Source: Candidatus Adlerbacteria bacterium (GTDB taxonomy: Bacteria > Patescibacteriota > Minisyncoccia > Phycocordibacterales > SBAW01). From it: a stretch of DNA of 49,560 nt. Below the pieces are notes generated by a model. It had not been told where the DNA came from. It saw only the letters and a program-made list of their open reading frames with translations, and made no database searches. The position numbers were made by a program, and so were the translations under genes. The DNA lies in the NCBI GenBank assembly GCA_037135035.1, contig JBAXLB010000001.1, positions 160,465 to 210,024 on the forward strand, written 5' to 3'. Shown here in pieces: positions 8,394 through 18,051 of the stretch (its first letter is position 1; the number at the start of each line of letters is the position of its first letter).

Positions 8394-10079
8394 ATGCAGT
8401 TTTTTAGACGAGGACGTAAAAAAACACTTCGGAGCGAAATACATCCGGACGAAATCCTCATCGACTCCTCTAGTGGTGCAGAATTTAACCGCGACCAGTT
8501 TGAAGGCCGTATAGAACAGCCTCTGTCGCGACGTTCGTTTTTTCTGGCAAGCGGGTTGGTGGCGTTGTTGTTGCTTGCCTATGTAGTACGCGCCGCCGAC
8601 CTGCAACTTGCACACGGTGCGGCGTATGCGGAACAAGCAAAAAATAACCAACTGACCGAGCAAACTATTTTTGCTGACCGCGGTATTATTGCCGACAGGA
8701 ACGGAGTCCCGCTTGCCTTTAACGAACGCGGCAGTGTTGCAGACGACTTTGCAAAACGCACCTACGCAAACTTTGCCGGTTTGGCGCACGCGGTGGGGTA
8801 TGTAAAAGCGCCGGCAAAAGACTCGTACGGCGTGTACTACCGCAACGCGTTTGTGGGCATCGACGGTGCAGAAAAAGCATTTAACGCACAGCTCGCGGGA
8901 CAGAACGGATTAAAACTTTCCGAAACGGACGCAAAAGGAAAAATTATTTCAGAAAGTGTAGTGCAGCCGCCGCAGGCAGGTGAGACCTTGACACTTTCCC
9001 TCGATGCAAAAGTTACCGAAGGTCTGTACAAAGCAATTTCTGCGCGTGTCGACTCTTCAAAATTCCAAGGAGGGGCGGGAGTTATTATCGATGTTGAGAC
9101 AGGTGAGATTTTGGCGATGACCAGCTACCCTGAATACAGCCAAAACGGCGTCGAAAATGGTGACGCCGCGGTGCTTAAAAGTTTAAATGCCGACACTCGC
9201 CAGCCGTTTTTAAACCGCGCGACAGACGGCCTGTATGCGCCGGGCTCTATCGTAAAACCGGTTATGGGCTTGGCTGCATTGCAAGAAGGGATTATCAGTG
9301 AGACAAAACAAATTTTAAGTACAGGCTCGATAAGCGTGCCAAACCCGTACGACCCAGCGCACCCGTCTATTTTTAAAGACTGGCGTGCAAACGGGTGGGT
9401 GGACGTGCAACAAGCAATTGCAGTTTCCTCCGACGTATATTTTTATGCAGTGGGCGGTGGATATAAAGACCAGGCGGGGTTGGGGATCGACCGCATCGAC
9501 AAATATTTGAGATTGTTTGGGTTTGGGCAGGACGCGGGGCTTGCCGGCTTTAGCGAGCAAGACGGCAATATCCCAACAATTGCCTGGAAGGTGGTTGCGT
9601 TTCCTAAAGACCCAACATGGCGTTTGGGCGACACGTACCACACGGCAATTGGCCAGTACGGTATGCAGGTGACACCTCTCCAGGCAGTGCGCGAGGCGGC
9701 AGCTGTTGCAAACGGTGGGACACTGCTAACCCCGACACTTACCGCAAGTAGCACGCCTGCCGGTACAAAAATACACATCGACCCGCACAACTTCCGCGTT
9801 GTACAAGAGGGTATGCGTATGGGTGTTACGACAGGTATTGCCCAGTCGGTAAAGTTTGACTTTGTGCATGTCGCGGCAAAAACCGGTACTGCGCAAATTG
9901 GCACACACAACCAGTATTTAAATTCGTGGATGATAGGATTTTTCCCGTACGAACACCCGAAGTATGCGTACGCTGTAGTGCTTGAACGTGGGCCCGCGGG
10001 GACATTGCAAGGTGCGCCTGCTGTGATGGCTACATTTTTACCGTGGATGAACGAAAACGCGCCGCAGTATTTGAAATAA
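8394..10079 (+). CDS. mrdA: Penicillin-binding protein 2 (class B)
   Basis: DRGIIADRNG, PGSIVK (SxxK), SSD, KTGTAQ; in the mre operon. Confidence 0.9.
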   Translation: MQFFRRGRKKTLRSEIHPDEILIDSSSGAEFNRDQFEGRIEQPLSRRSFFLASGLVALLLLAYVVRAADLQLAHGAAYAEQAKNNQLTEQTIFADRGIIADRNGVPLAFNERGSVADDFAKRTYANFAGLAHAVGYVKAPAKDSYGVYYRNAFVGIDGAEKAFNAQLAGQNGLKLSETDAKGKIISESVVQPPQAGETLTLSLDAKVTEGLYKAISARVDSSKFQGGAGVIIDVETGEILAMTSYPEYSQNGVENGDAAVLKSLNADTRQPFLNRATDGLYAPGSIVKPVMGLAALQEGIISETKQILSTGSISVPNPYDPAHPSIFKDWRANGWVDVQQAIAVSSDVYFYAVGGGYKDQAGLGIDRIDKYLRLFGFGQDAGLAGFSEQDGNIPTIAWKVVAFPKDPTWRLGDTYHTAIGQYGMQVTPLQAVREAAAVANGGTLLTPTLTASSTPAGTKIHIDPHNFRVVQEGMRMGVTTGIAQSVKFDFVHVAAKTGTAQIGTHNQYLNSWMIGFFPYEHPKYAYAVVLERGPAGTLQGAPAVMATFLPWMNENAPQYLK

Positions 10080-10096
10080 GTGGATAAAAACTTGCT

Positions 10097-10124
10097 TTGA
10101 CGTTTATCTAATTTCGGCTATACT
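10097..10124 (+). promoter_or_regulatory. Promoter of greA
   Basis: TTGACG-16-TATACT. Confidence 0.65.
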
Positions 10125-10169
10125 AATGCACGCCTCGATTACCTGCCTATTTCTTTTTAAAAACTATTT

Positions 10170-10631
10170 ATGACCGAAGAACTCATCTCGCAGGAAAAGT
10201 TTGAAGAATTAAAAAAAGAGCTGGAATTTTTACATACGACTCGCCGCAAAGAGGTGGCAGAACAGCTTGAATACGCTCGTTCGCTCGGAGACCTTTCAGA
10301 AAATGCCGAATACCAGGAAGCGCGCGAAATGCAGGCGTCTGTTGAAGAGCGCGTACAAAAACTTGAGGCAATTTTAAAAAACGCAAAAATTGTACACGCA
10401 GGTAAGAGTGACATTGTGGGCATGGGTGGCAATGTAACGGTGCAAAAGGTGGGCGCAGACGACAAACACACCTACATTATTGTTGGTGCTGAAGAGGCCG
10501 ACATGTTGGCAGGCAAAATTTCCTATCATTCACCGCTCGGTAACGCACTCCTTGGTAAAAAGAAAGGCGACGAATTTTCGTTCCATACCCCCAAAGGAAC
10601 ACAGAAATATAAGATACTAAAAGTAGAGTAA
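10170..10631 (+). CDS. greA: Transcription elongation factor GreA
   Basis: GDLSENAEY, ISYHSPLGNALLG. Confidence 0.97.
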   Translation: MTEELISQEKFEELKKELEFLHTTRRKEVAEQLEYARSLGDLSENAEYQEAREMQASVEERVQKLEAILKNAKIVHAGKSDIVGMGGNVTVQKVGADDKHTYIIVGAEEADMLAGKISYHSPLGNALLGKKKGDEFSFHTPKGTQKYKILKVE

Positions 10632-10632
10632 C

Positions 10633-10664
10633 AAAAAAGACCCCTCGCAAAAGGGGTCTTTTTT
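10633..10664. terminator. Bidirectional-type intrinsic terminator after greA
   Basis: aaaaaagacccct-cgcaaa-aggggtctttttt. Confidence 0.85.
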
Positions 10665-10680
10665 GTTTACAATGGTCTTC

Positions 10681-12135
10681 ATGTATGACGAGATGAGGGC
10701 GGAACGTTTGCGTAAGTTGGAGCTGCTGAAAGAAGCGGGGATGGAAGGCTACCCAGTGTCCACGGGGCGTTCTGTTTCGGGTGCAGAATTTTTAGAAAAG
10801 TTTGAAGAGCTCGTTTCTTCGGGCGGTACTGAAGTGCTTGCAGGTCGTGTGCTTTCCATACGTGGCCAGGGCGGCATTATATTTGCTGATGTTGCGGACG
10901 GTACAGCCCGCGTGCAGTTTGTGTTGGAAAAAGCAGAAATGGGGGACGAGGCTTTTGTACTTTTTGAAAGTGCCGTAGACCAGGGCGACTTTGTTGAAGC
11001 AACAGGAGTTGCATATTTGACCAAACGCGGCCAGCAGTCGCTCAAAGTTACTTCGTGGAAGATGCTTGCGAAGTCGTTGGCGCCACTACCAACCGAATGG
11101 TATGGCATCCAAGATACTGAACTAAAATTGCGTGAACGCTACTTGGATATATTGTTAAACGAAGACTTGCGCGACATGTTTATACGCCGCGGTGCGTTTT
11201 GGCAGGCGATGCGCAACTTCCTTTTGCAGAGAAAATTTTTGGAAGTAGAAACGCCAATTCTTGAAAATTCGCCCGGCGGTGCCGACGCGCGGCCGTTTAT
11301 AACCCACCACAACGCGCTCGACATGGAGGTGTATCTACGCATTTCCGCGGGTGAGCTGTGGCAAAAGCGGCTGCTTGTTGCCGGGTTCCCTAAAGTGTTT
11401 GAAATTGGTCGTATATTCCGTAACGAAGGTCAGTCGCGCGAACATTTGCAAGACTACACCCAGCTCGAAACATACGAAGCGTATAGCGATATGAAAAAGG
11501 GCATGCAGTTTATCCAAGACCTATACCGCCACATTGCGCAGGAAGTATACGGCAGGACACGTTTTACCGTGCAGGGGCACGAGTTTGACTTGGCCGACGA
11601 ATGGAAGGAAATTAATTTTTGCGAAATTATTAACGAGAAATTTGGCATCGACCCACTTACAGTTTCAAAAGATGATGCAATTGCTGCGGTACACGCACAC
11701 AAGATACAAGTAGGCGAGACGCTCAACAAGGCTCGAGCAGTGGACCACTTGTGGAAGAGTATCCGTAAAACAATTTCGGGTCCTGCGTTTTTGGTTGGTA
11801 TCCCTGTATACTTGGAACCGCTCGCAAAACGATCGCCTGAAAATTCGAATGTGGTAGAACGTTGCCAAGTTTTGTTGGCAGGTTCGGAGATGGGCAAGGG
11901 CTTTAGTGAGTTGAACGACCCACAAGACCAAACGGCGCGTTTTGAAGAGCAGCAAAAACTCCGCGACGGCGGCGACGACGAAGCACAGCGTTTGGACACC
12001 GACTACATCCGCGCGATGGAGTATGGCATGCCACCTGCTTTTGGTTTTGGCATGTCGGAGCGCTTCTTTGCATTCCTTGAAAATAAGTCTGCGTACGAAA
12101 CACAAATTTTCCCTCTCCTTCGTCCTAAAAATTAG
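10681..12135 (+). CDS. lysS: Lysine--tRNA ligase (class II)
   Basis: RERYLD, GGADARPF, YLRISAGELWQKRL, FEIGRIFRNEG, EYGMPP; start at ATG 10681. Confidence 0.96.
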   Translation: MYDEMRAERLRKLELLKEAGMEGYPVSTGRSVSGAEFLEKFEELVSSGGTEVLAGRVLSIRGQGGIIFADVADGTARVQFVLEKAEMGDEAFVLFESAVDQGDFVEATGVAYLTKRGQQSLKVTSWKMLAKSLAPLPTEWYGIQDTELKLRERYLDILLNEDLRDMFIRRGAFWQAMRNFLLQRKFLEVETPILENSPGGADARPFITHHNALDMEVYLRISAGELWQKRLLVAGFPKVFEIGRIFRNEGQSREHLQDYTQLETYEAYSDMKKGMQFIQDLYRHIAQEVYGRTRFTVQGHEFDLADEWKEINFCEIINEKFGIDPLTVSKDDAIAAVHAHKIQVGETLNKARAVDHLWKSIRKTISGPAFLVGIPVYLEPLAKRSPENSNVVERCQVLLAGSEMGKGFSELNDPQDQTARFEEQQKLRDGGDDEAQRLDTDYIRAMEYGMPPAFGFGMSERFFAFLENKSAYETQIFPLLRPKN

Positions 12136-12140
12136 TTTTG

Positions 12141-12176
12141 TATAAAAAAAGAAAACCGCCTTACGAGAAGGCGGTT
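12141..12176 (-). terminator. Intrinsic terminator of cassette C
   Basis: aaccgcctt/aaggcggtt stem, tail TTTTCTTTTTTTATA. Confidence 0.8.
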
Positions 12177-12189
12177 AGTGAGCGAGAAG

Positions 12190-12492
12190 TCAGGAAGTTT
12201 TGGCGGGTATAGTGCCAACTAAGAAAGCATCGGGGCAGTCGTTTTTACCGCCCTTGCTGGCTGAGATGATTCTATAGGCCTTTCCTCCTATTACTTCTAC
12301 CCAAGACCCTTGGGCCTTTTTGACCGCATCCTCGTAGGACAGGTCTGGTGCTACAACGCAGGCAGAACCTGCCTTTTTGTCGAACCAGGTGATCCCAGGT
12401 GCCGGAGGCGACTTACTGGTGGCGCTTATCGCGCTAGTAGCAGCCACGAAAATTACCGAAGCGATTAGTGTCAACTCTACAGCATCAGCCAT
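12190..12492 (-). CDS. Cassette C: hypothetical exported or membrane-anchored protein (~100 aa)
   Basis: Hydrophobic N-terminus LTLIASVIFVAA, two Cys; TTGACA at 12566-12571 lies only ~10 nt upstream of the longer ORF's ATG, so start 12492 is preferred. Confidence 0.65.
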   Translation of the reverse strand: MADAVELTLIASVIFVAATSAISATSKSPPAPGITWFDKKAGSACVVAPDLSYEDAVKKAQGSWVEVIGGKAYRIISASKGGKNDCPDAFLVGTIPAKTS

Positions 12493-12607
12493 CTCTAAGT
12501 TTTCCCTCAACAAAAAACGGAACGATTTTGTATCCTTTTTAGTTGTACTACGCATGGTTTACGTGTGTCAAATAAACGGTGAAGTTGGCGGCTTTATGAA
12601 GCTTTTA

Positions 12608-12676
12608 TGTGGATAACTTTATGCGGGGAAGTGGGGCAAAATGTCATATACTGGTGAGTAGTGGGATGAAGTGGGA
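12608..12676 (+). promoter_or_regulatory. mraZ upstream region: MraZ-box GTGGG repeats and one consensus DnaA box
   Basis: GTGGG at 12631, 12661 and 12671 (10-bp phasing); TGTGGATAA at 12608-12616. Confidence 0.7.
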
Positions 12677-12690
12677 TACCCGCGAACTGT

Positions 12691-13125
12691 ATGCTCATTG
12701 GCGAATATCTACATACTCTGGACAGCAAAAAGCGTCTTTCGCTTCCCGCAAAATTCAGGAAGGAGGTTGGCCGTAAAGTTGTCATTACGCGCGGTTTGGA
12801 TGCTTGTTTGTTTATGTTCCCTCAAAAGTCGTGGGACAAAATTGCAGAAAAGTTGGCGAACCTACCCATTGGCCAGGCAGACACCCGGGGTATGAGCCGC
12901 TTCCTGCTTTCTGGTGCGGTAGAGACAGATGTCGACAGTGCGGGCCGCATTTTGGTGCCAGACTTCCTTAAAGACTTTGCTGACCTACGTTCGCGTGTTG
13001 TTTTGGCAGGAGTTTCGGACCGTATTGAAATGTGGAACGAAAAAACCTGGGAAGAATATAAACGCCGCATTGAAAAGAGCGCTGACCAGATGGCGGAAAA
13101 AATGGGTGACTTAGGAATCCTTTGA
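12691..13125 (+). CDS. mraZ: Transcriptional regulator MraZ
   Basis: MLIGEYLHTLDSKKRLSLPAKFR, DSAGRILVP. Confidence 0.96.
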   Translation: MLIGEYLHTLDSKKRLSLPAKFRKEVGRKVVITRGLDACLFMFPQKSWDKIAEKLANLPIGQADTRGMSRFLLSGAVETDVDSAGRILVPDFLKDFADLRSRVVLAGVSDRIEMWNEKTWEEYKRRIEKSADQMAEKMGDLGIL

Positions 13126-13130
13126 AATAT

Positions 13131-14180
13131 ATGACTGCACATTCTTTTACTTCTGTTCGTGTCCGGAGCAGCCTCTTGCGAGAGGAGGGCAGCTCTGCCC
13201 GCGAGCAGAAGCAAGGGAAAGTAAAGAAGGAGGTAGCAAAAACCGAAGCGGAGTCCGGTTGCGGAGCCGAAGATCGACGCAGAGGGCTCCGCGAAGGTTC
13301 CCACACCAGCGTCATGGTAGAGGAAGTTTTGCAATATTTAGATGTTAAAAAAGGCCAACAGGTTCTTGATGCAACGGCAGGGCAGGGTGGTCATAGTGAC
13401 GCGATTTTAAAAAATACTCCTGGCTCCCGCGTGCTTGCACTCGACGCCGACCCTGTGTCGGTAGAGTTGGCAGAGAAGCGCTTGGCACAATTTGGCGAAC
13501 GTGCAGCAGTAGTTGAAGCAAATTTTGGCGATATTGAAAAAGTTCTCAAAAAGCAGGGTATTAAAACAATCGATAAAGCACTCTTTGACCTGGGGTGGAA
13601 CTCGGGCCAATTAGGGCTTGGGAGAGGTTTTTCATTCTTAGTCGATGAGCCGCTCGACATGAGCTACGGCACACAGTCTGCTTCAAGTTTTACTGCAGCC
13701 GAAGCGTTAAACGAATGGGAAGAAGAGACTCTCGCGAATGTTTTTTACGGCTATGGCGAAGAGCGCTACGCGCGCCGTATTGCCAAAGCAATAGTTCAAC
13801 GTCGCGAAACTAAGCCCTTTGCCACAACTCTTGAGTTGGTGGAAGTTGTGCGGGACAGCACGCCAAGTGCCTACCACCGCGGCCGCCTCCACTTTGCGAC
13901 ACGCACATTCCAAGGGTTGCGCATGGCTGTTAATGACGAACTTGGAGTTATAAACCGTGGGGTAACGTCCGCATGGGAGCACTTGTCGCCCGGCGGTCGT
14001 ATTGCGGTCATAACGTTCCATAGTATTGAAGACCGCGCGGTTAAGCGATTGTTTGCCGACTTTGTGAAAGGTGATGGACGTTTAGTGTTTAAAAAACCAC
14101 TGGTGCCATCCCGGGCCGAGGTTGTGGCAAACCCCCGAGCCCGCAGCGCCAAACTCCGCGTTATTGAAAAATCTCTCTAA
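13131..14180 (+). CDS. rsmH: 16S rRNA m4C1402 methyltransferase with a ~55-aa N-terminal insertion
   Basis: HTSVM, DATAGQGGHS, DLG, RGFSF, FQGLRMAVNDEL, TFHSIEDR, NPRARSAKLR. Confidence 0.95.
   Translation: MTAHSFTSVRVRSSLLREEGSSAREQKQGKVKKEVAKTEAESGCGAEDRRRGLREGSHTSVMVEEVLQYLDVKKGQQVLDATAGQGGHSDAILKNTPGSRVLALDADPVSVELAEKRLAQFGERAAVVEANFGDIEKVLKKQGIKTIDKALFDLGWNSGQLGLGRGFSFLVDEPLDMSYGTQSASSFTAAEALNEWEEETLANVFYGYGEERYARRIAKAIVQRRETKPFATTLELVEVVRDSTPSAYHRGRLHFATRTFQGLRMAVNDELGVINRGVTSAWEHLSPGGRIAVITFHSIEDRAVKRLFADFVKGDGRLVFKKPLVPSRAEVVANPRARSAKLRVIEKSL
13142..13300. repeat. Cluster of hairpins forming the non-canonical 5' part of rsmH
   Basis: Stem 13150-13160/13201-13211 enclosing cctct-tgcg-agagg and gggcag-ct-ctgccc; second hairpin gcggagcc/ggctccgc (13261-13292). 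Confidence 0.65.
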
Positions 14181-14185
14181 ATTAT

Positions 14186-14503
14186 ATGAACACTAAAAGT
14201 CTCGCTCTCTATCAAGTCTACCTCTCCCGCAGTATCGCACTGCTTGCCGGCGTGTGTGCGTTGTCGGTCTTTTTATACGGTACGTTTTTACTACTCGCAG
14301 TTGAACATACCGCCGCACGCACAGCGCTCGGGAAACAAGTGAGCGAAACAACTCTGCAGTTGAGCACGCTCGAAGCAGAATATCTTGCAAAAACAAAAGA
14401 GTTAACACGCGCCAGCGCAGTAACTCTTGGCTTTACTACACCAGTTGCTGTTGCCGCTGTGTTTGAAACGGGCGACGCGCGGTCACTTTCTCTACGACGA
14501 TAA
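14186..14503 (+). CDS. FtsL-like cell division protein
   Basis: Single TM plus coiled coil, ending LGF; between rsmH and ftsI. Confidence 0.6.
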   Translation: MNTKSLALYQVYLSRSIALLAGVCALSVFLYGTFLLLAVEHTAARTALGKQVSETTLQLSTLEAEYLAKTKELTRASAVTLGFTTPVAVAAVFETGDARSLSLRR

Positions 14504-16215
14504 TGAACAAACGGTTTCTTGGGAGGGTGCGGATGCTGACGCTCTTTTTTGTAACGGTCTCGCTCGTGCTTGTAGGCCGGCTTTATTTTTTGCAAATTGT
14601 GCGCGGTCCCGCATATACCACTCGTGCCGACGCCCAATTTACTGAACCTGCAACGTCTCTTCCTACCCGCGGTATTATATATTTTAGCGACAACGCAGGT
14701 ACAGAAATCGCTGCAGCAGTAATAAAAGACGGCTTTGCTATTGCAGTAAATCCTACCAAGGTCACCGACGCAGAAGCCTTGTGGACAGCTCTCCAGGGAG
14801 CCGTTACGCTTTCGCACGACGCATTTATAGCAAAAGCAACTAAGTCGGGAAGCCAGTATCAACTGGTGGCGCAGCATTTAAGTGGTGATGTTGGTGAGGC
14901 GCTCCAAGCAAAACAACTTCCTGGACTTATTGTGCAGCAAGACAGATGGCGTTCGTATCCGGGGGGTTCGCTTGCCGCCCAAGAAATTGGGTTTGTTGCC
15001 TACAATGGAGGTGACAGCCAGGAAGGCCGCTACGGGCTGGAGCGCCAGTACAACCAGACACTTGAACGCAGCGCCCAAGACCTGTACAAAAACTTTTTTG
15101 TCGAACTCTTTGGTGGGGTCAAGTCGGTGCTTGAAGGCGCTCCCCAAGAAGGCGATATCATCACTACGATAGAGCCGTCGGTACAAAGCGAACTCGAACG
15201 ACAGTTGGCACTGTACGACAGCACATGGCACCCAAAACTTGCGGGCGGCATTATCATGAACCCACAAAATGGCGAAATATATGCGATGGCTGTAGCGCCG
15301 ACGTTTGACCTCAATGCGTTTAACTTGCAAACTAACCCGCTTGTATACGCAAACCCACTTGTGCAAAACGTGTACGAAATGGGTTCGATTTTTAAACCGC
15401 TTACAATGGCAGCCGGTATAGACTCGGGCGCGGTGACAGAAAATACTACCTACAACGACACAGGTTTTATAACAGTTGATGGAAAAAAGATCTCGAACTT
15501 CGACTTTAAAGCGCGCGGAGTGATACCGATGCAACAAATTTTGAGCCAGTCGCTAAACGTCGGTGCATCGTTTGTTGCCACACGCATGGGCTCATCAACG
15601 ATGCGTAACTATTTCCTCGACCACTATGGACTAGGGTCAACGACAGGCATCGACATGCCAGGGGAAGTCCGCGGTATTGTCGGCAACTTGTCGTCGCCCC
15701 GCCAGGTCGAATATGACACAGCGTCGTTTGGGCAAGGTATCGCCAACACTCCTGTTGAAACAGTGCGTGCGCTTGCAACGCTTGCAAACGGTGGCTACTT
15801 GGTAACCCCGCACTTGGTCCGTGCAATACGCTACACGGTTGGTATCACCAAACCAATTTCACTCCCAGAAAAAGTGCAGGTACTAAAACCAGAAACGTCT
15901 ACCACCGTAAGTCGTATGCTTACTGCTGTTGTCGACACGGCACTCGCTAAAGGGGAAGACAAGATAGAGCATTACAGTGTGGCGGCCAAAACGGGCACAG
16001 CCCAAATTGCAAACCCTTCGGGTGGGGGCTACTATAGCGACAGGTTCCTGCACAGTTTTGTTGGGTATTTCCCGTCGTACGACGCAAAATTTATTGTATT
16101 TTTGTTTGCAGTAGAACCTGTCGGCGCGCCGTATGCGTCGACTACACTTGCACCTCCTTGGCACGAACTAACGCAGTTTCTTATCAACTATTACAACGTC
16201 CCTCCTGACAGATAG
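14503..16215 (+). CDS. ftsI: Peptidoglycan transpeptidase FtsI/PBP3
   Basis: RGIIY, RSYPGG, YEMGSIFK, SLN, KTGTAQ; dcw position. Confidence 0.9.
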   Translation: MNKRFLGRVRMLTLFFVTVSLVLVGRLYFLQIVRGPAYTTRADAQFTEPATSLPTRGIIYFSDNAGTEIAAAVIKDGFAIAVNPTKVTDAEALWTALQGAVTLSHDAFIAKATKSGSQYQLVAQHLSGDVGEALQAKQLPGLIVQQDRWRSYPGGSLAAQEIGFVAYNGGDSQEGRYGLERQYNQTLERSAQDLYKNFFVELFGGVKSVLEGAPQEGDIITTIEPSVQSELERQLALYDSTWHPKLAGGIIMNPQNGEIYAMAVAPTFDLNAFNLQTNPLVYANPLVQNVYEMGSIFKPLTMAAGIDSGAVTENTTYNDTGFITVDGKKISNFDFKARGVIPMQQILSQSLNVGASFVATRMGSSTMRNYFLDHYGLGSTTGIDMPGEVRGIVGNLSSPRQVEYDTASFGQGIANTPVETVRALATLANGGYLVTPHLVRAIRYTVGITKPISLPEKVQVLKPETSTTVSRMLTAVVDTALAKGEDKIEHYSVAAKTGTAQIANPSGGGYYSDRFLHSFVGYFPSYDAKFIVFLFAVEPVGAPYASTTLAPPWHELTQFLINYYNVPPDR

Positions 16216-16246
16216 TCAGTCCGGTACAGACGACTAACCTCATTGT

Positions 16247-17554
16247 ATGCGCACACTCTTTAAAAAATGCATCGTCTATGTTCTAACGCTGGAAGCGCGG
16301 CTTGTCGTACGCAAGTACAAGCCGCACATTGTGGCAGTCACCGGGAGTGTGGGCAAAACATCTACGAAAGATGCTATTTACAGCGTCCTTGCCGAAAATG
16401 CTCATGTGCGCAAAAGCGACAAAAGTTTTAACAGCGAAGTTGGGTTGCCGCTGACCATACTCGGGTGCCCAAATGCGTGGAGTAACCCGCTGCGATGGCT
16501 ACAAAATATTGTCGACGGGCTTATTTTAATTATCTTCAAAACTACTTACCCTGAATGGTTGGTGCTGGAAGTGGGTGCAGACAGACCTGGCGATATTAGT
16601 TCGCTCGCAGCGTGGTTACCTGTCGACATTGCGGTGATAACCAGGCTGCCGGAAGTTCCTGTGCATGTCGAATTTTTTGACTCGGCTGATGCGGTTGTTG
16701 CAGAAAAAGCGTCGCTTATTAACGCGCTCAAAAAAGACGGGACACTGGTGGTCTACGCCGACGACAACCGCAGAGACATACTGGTACAAAAAGCACAGGC
16801 ACGCGGGGTGCGTATTGTGACATTTGGCCTGCTCGACACGGCCGACGTGTATGCGTCGGGTTTTTCAGTTGTGCGTGAAGAGGGTGGCAATAACTGGCCC
16901 ATTGGTATGGAGTCGCATATAACAGCGGGCGGTATAAGCGCACCGGTGTCGACGCTCGGTATACTTGGCTCACACATGGTGTTGCCGCTTGTCGCAGCGG
17001 CTGCCGTAGGTAGTGCGGTAGGGAAGACCTTGCCTGAAATTGCAGAAGCGCTTAGCCACTACGCGCCACCACACGGCCGTATGCGTCTGCTTCCTGGTAT
17101 TAAAGACACACGTATTATTGACGACACGTACAACTCGTCCCCGGCCGCGGTTGTGGCTGCACTTGATGCACTAAAACTTATTGCGCCACGAGGTCGCGTT
17201 ATTGCAGTGTTTGCCGACATGCTCGAACTCGGACGGCATTCGGTGGAAGAACACAGAAAAATAGGTGCATACGCTGCAGGTATTGTCGACATACTAGTAA
17301 CAGTCGGTTTCCGTGCGCGTGACGCGGCAAGTGGTGCACTTGATGCAGGGCTTGCTGACGGGAATATATTTCAATACGAAGATGCCGACAAAGCAGGGGA
17401 GGAACTTGCAGCAATGCTCGCACCCGGCGACATTGTTTTGGTAAAAGGTTCGCAAAGTATGCGGATGGAAAAAACAGTTGAACACTTGATGCTCAACCCC
17501 GAACGCGCAGGCGAGCTGTTGGTCCGGCAGGAGCTGAACTGGAAAAACCGCTAG
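16247..17554 (+). CDS. murF: UDP-MurNAc-tripeptide--D-Ala-D-Ala ligase
   Basis: VTGSVGKTSTK, SFNSEVGLPLT, DDTYNSSP, DMLELG, LVKGSQ. Confidence 0.88.
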   Translation: MRTLFKKCIVYVLTLEARLVVRKYKPHIVAVTGSVGKTSTKDAIYSVLAENAHVRKSDKSFNSEVGLPLTILGCPNAWSNPLRWLQNIVDGLILIIFKTTYPEWLVLEVGADRPGDISSLAAWLPVDIAVITRLPEVPVHVEFFDSADAVVAEKASLINALKKDGTLVVYADDNRRDILVQKAQARGVRIVTFGLLDTADVYASGFSVVREEGGNNWPIGMESHITAGGISAPVSTLGILGSHMVLPLVAAAAVGSAVGKTLPEIAEALSHYAPPHGRMRLLPGIKDTRIIDDTYNSSPAAVVAALDALKLIAPRGRVIAVFADMLELGRHSVEEHRKIGAYAAGIVDILVTVGFRARDAASGALDAGLADGNIFQYEDADKAGEELAAMLAPGDIVLVKGSQSMRMEKTVEHLMLNPERAGELLVRQELNWKNR

Positions 17555-17829
17555 TTTGCTATTTCTAAATGTTTTTCGATGTGCGTAATGCGTCGGCTGT
17601 GGTCGACAAGCACTTCTGCATCTGCATCAAATGCTTTTGAAAGTGGTTTTAATGTTTCCTGTATATTTTTTATTTCAGCGTGCAGTCCTTTGATTTCAGA
17701 ACGGACTTCGCCCACTTGTTCACCTAGAGTAGTGACCTGGCCAGTAACCAGAGCAAATTGTTTAGCAATAGATTCAAATTGGTTGACCACCAATTCTTGA
17801 AATTTTTCTTCAGTGAGTTTCTCCGACAT
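17551..17829 (-). CDS. Hypothetical small coiled-coil protein
   Basis: 92-aa heptad-like ORF; TGaTATAAT 6 nt before ATG. Confidence 0.7.
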   Translation of the reverse strand: MSEKLTEEKFQELVVNQFESIAKQFALVTGQVTTLGEQVGEVRSEIKGLHAEIKNIQETLKPLSKAFDADAEVLVDHSRRITHIEKHLEIAN

Positions 17830-17929
17830 AGAATAATTATATCACGGCCAATAATTGGCACATCTTTTTACGTAAAGACTGGAAAAACCCCTGAACGTAT
17901 TGTAAGGTTTGGAGGTTAGATACAACTAC

Positions 17930-18001
17930 GGCCCTATCGTCTAACGGTTAGGACGGAAGCTTCTCAAGCTTTAAATCGGGGTTCGATTCCCCGTAGGGTC
18001 A
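17930..18001 (+). tRNA. tRNA-Glu (anticodon CTC); CCA not encoded directly after the discriminator
   Basis: Acceptor GGCCCTA/TAGGGTC, D arm GTCT..GGAC, anticodon arm GAAGC-TTCTCAA-GCTTT, T arm CGGGG-TTCGATT-CCCCG. Confidence 0.95.
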
Positions 18002-18051
18002 TGCCAATAAAGAGTTCAAATTAGAAATACCCAATTTGGTACACTGGGTGT

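Noticed and set aside
13227-13234. Perfect AAGGAGGT inside the rsmH extension
   Set aside because: No start codon follows at a usable distance
17930-18051. tRNA-Glu as a possible prophage or island attachment site
   Set aside because: No integrase nearby, and I saw no duplicate of the tRNA 3' end in the window
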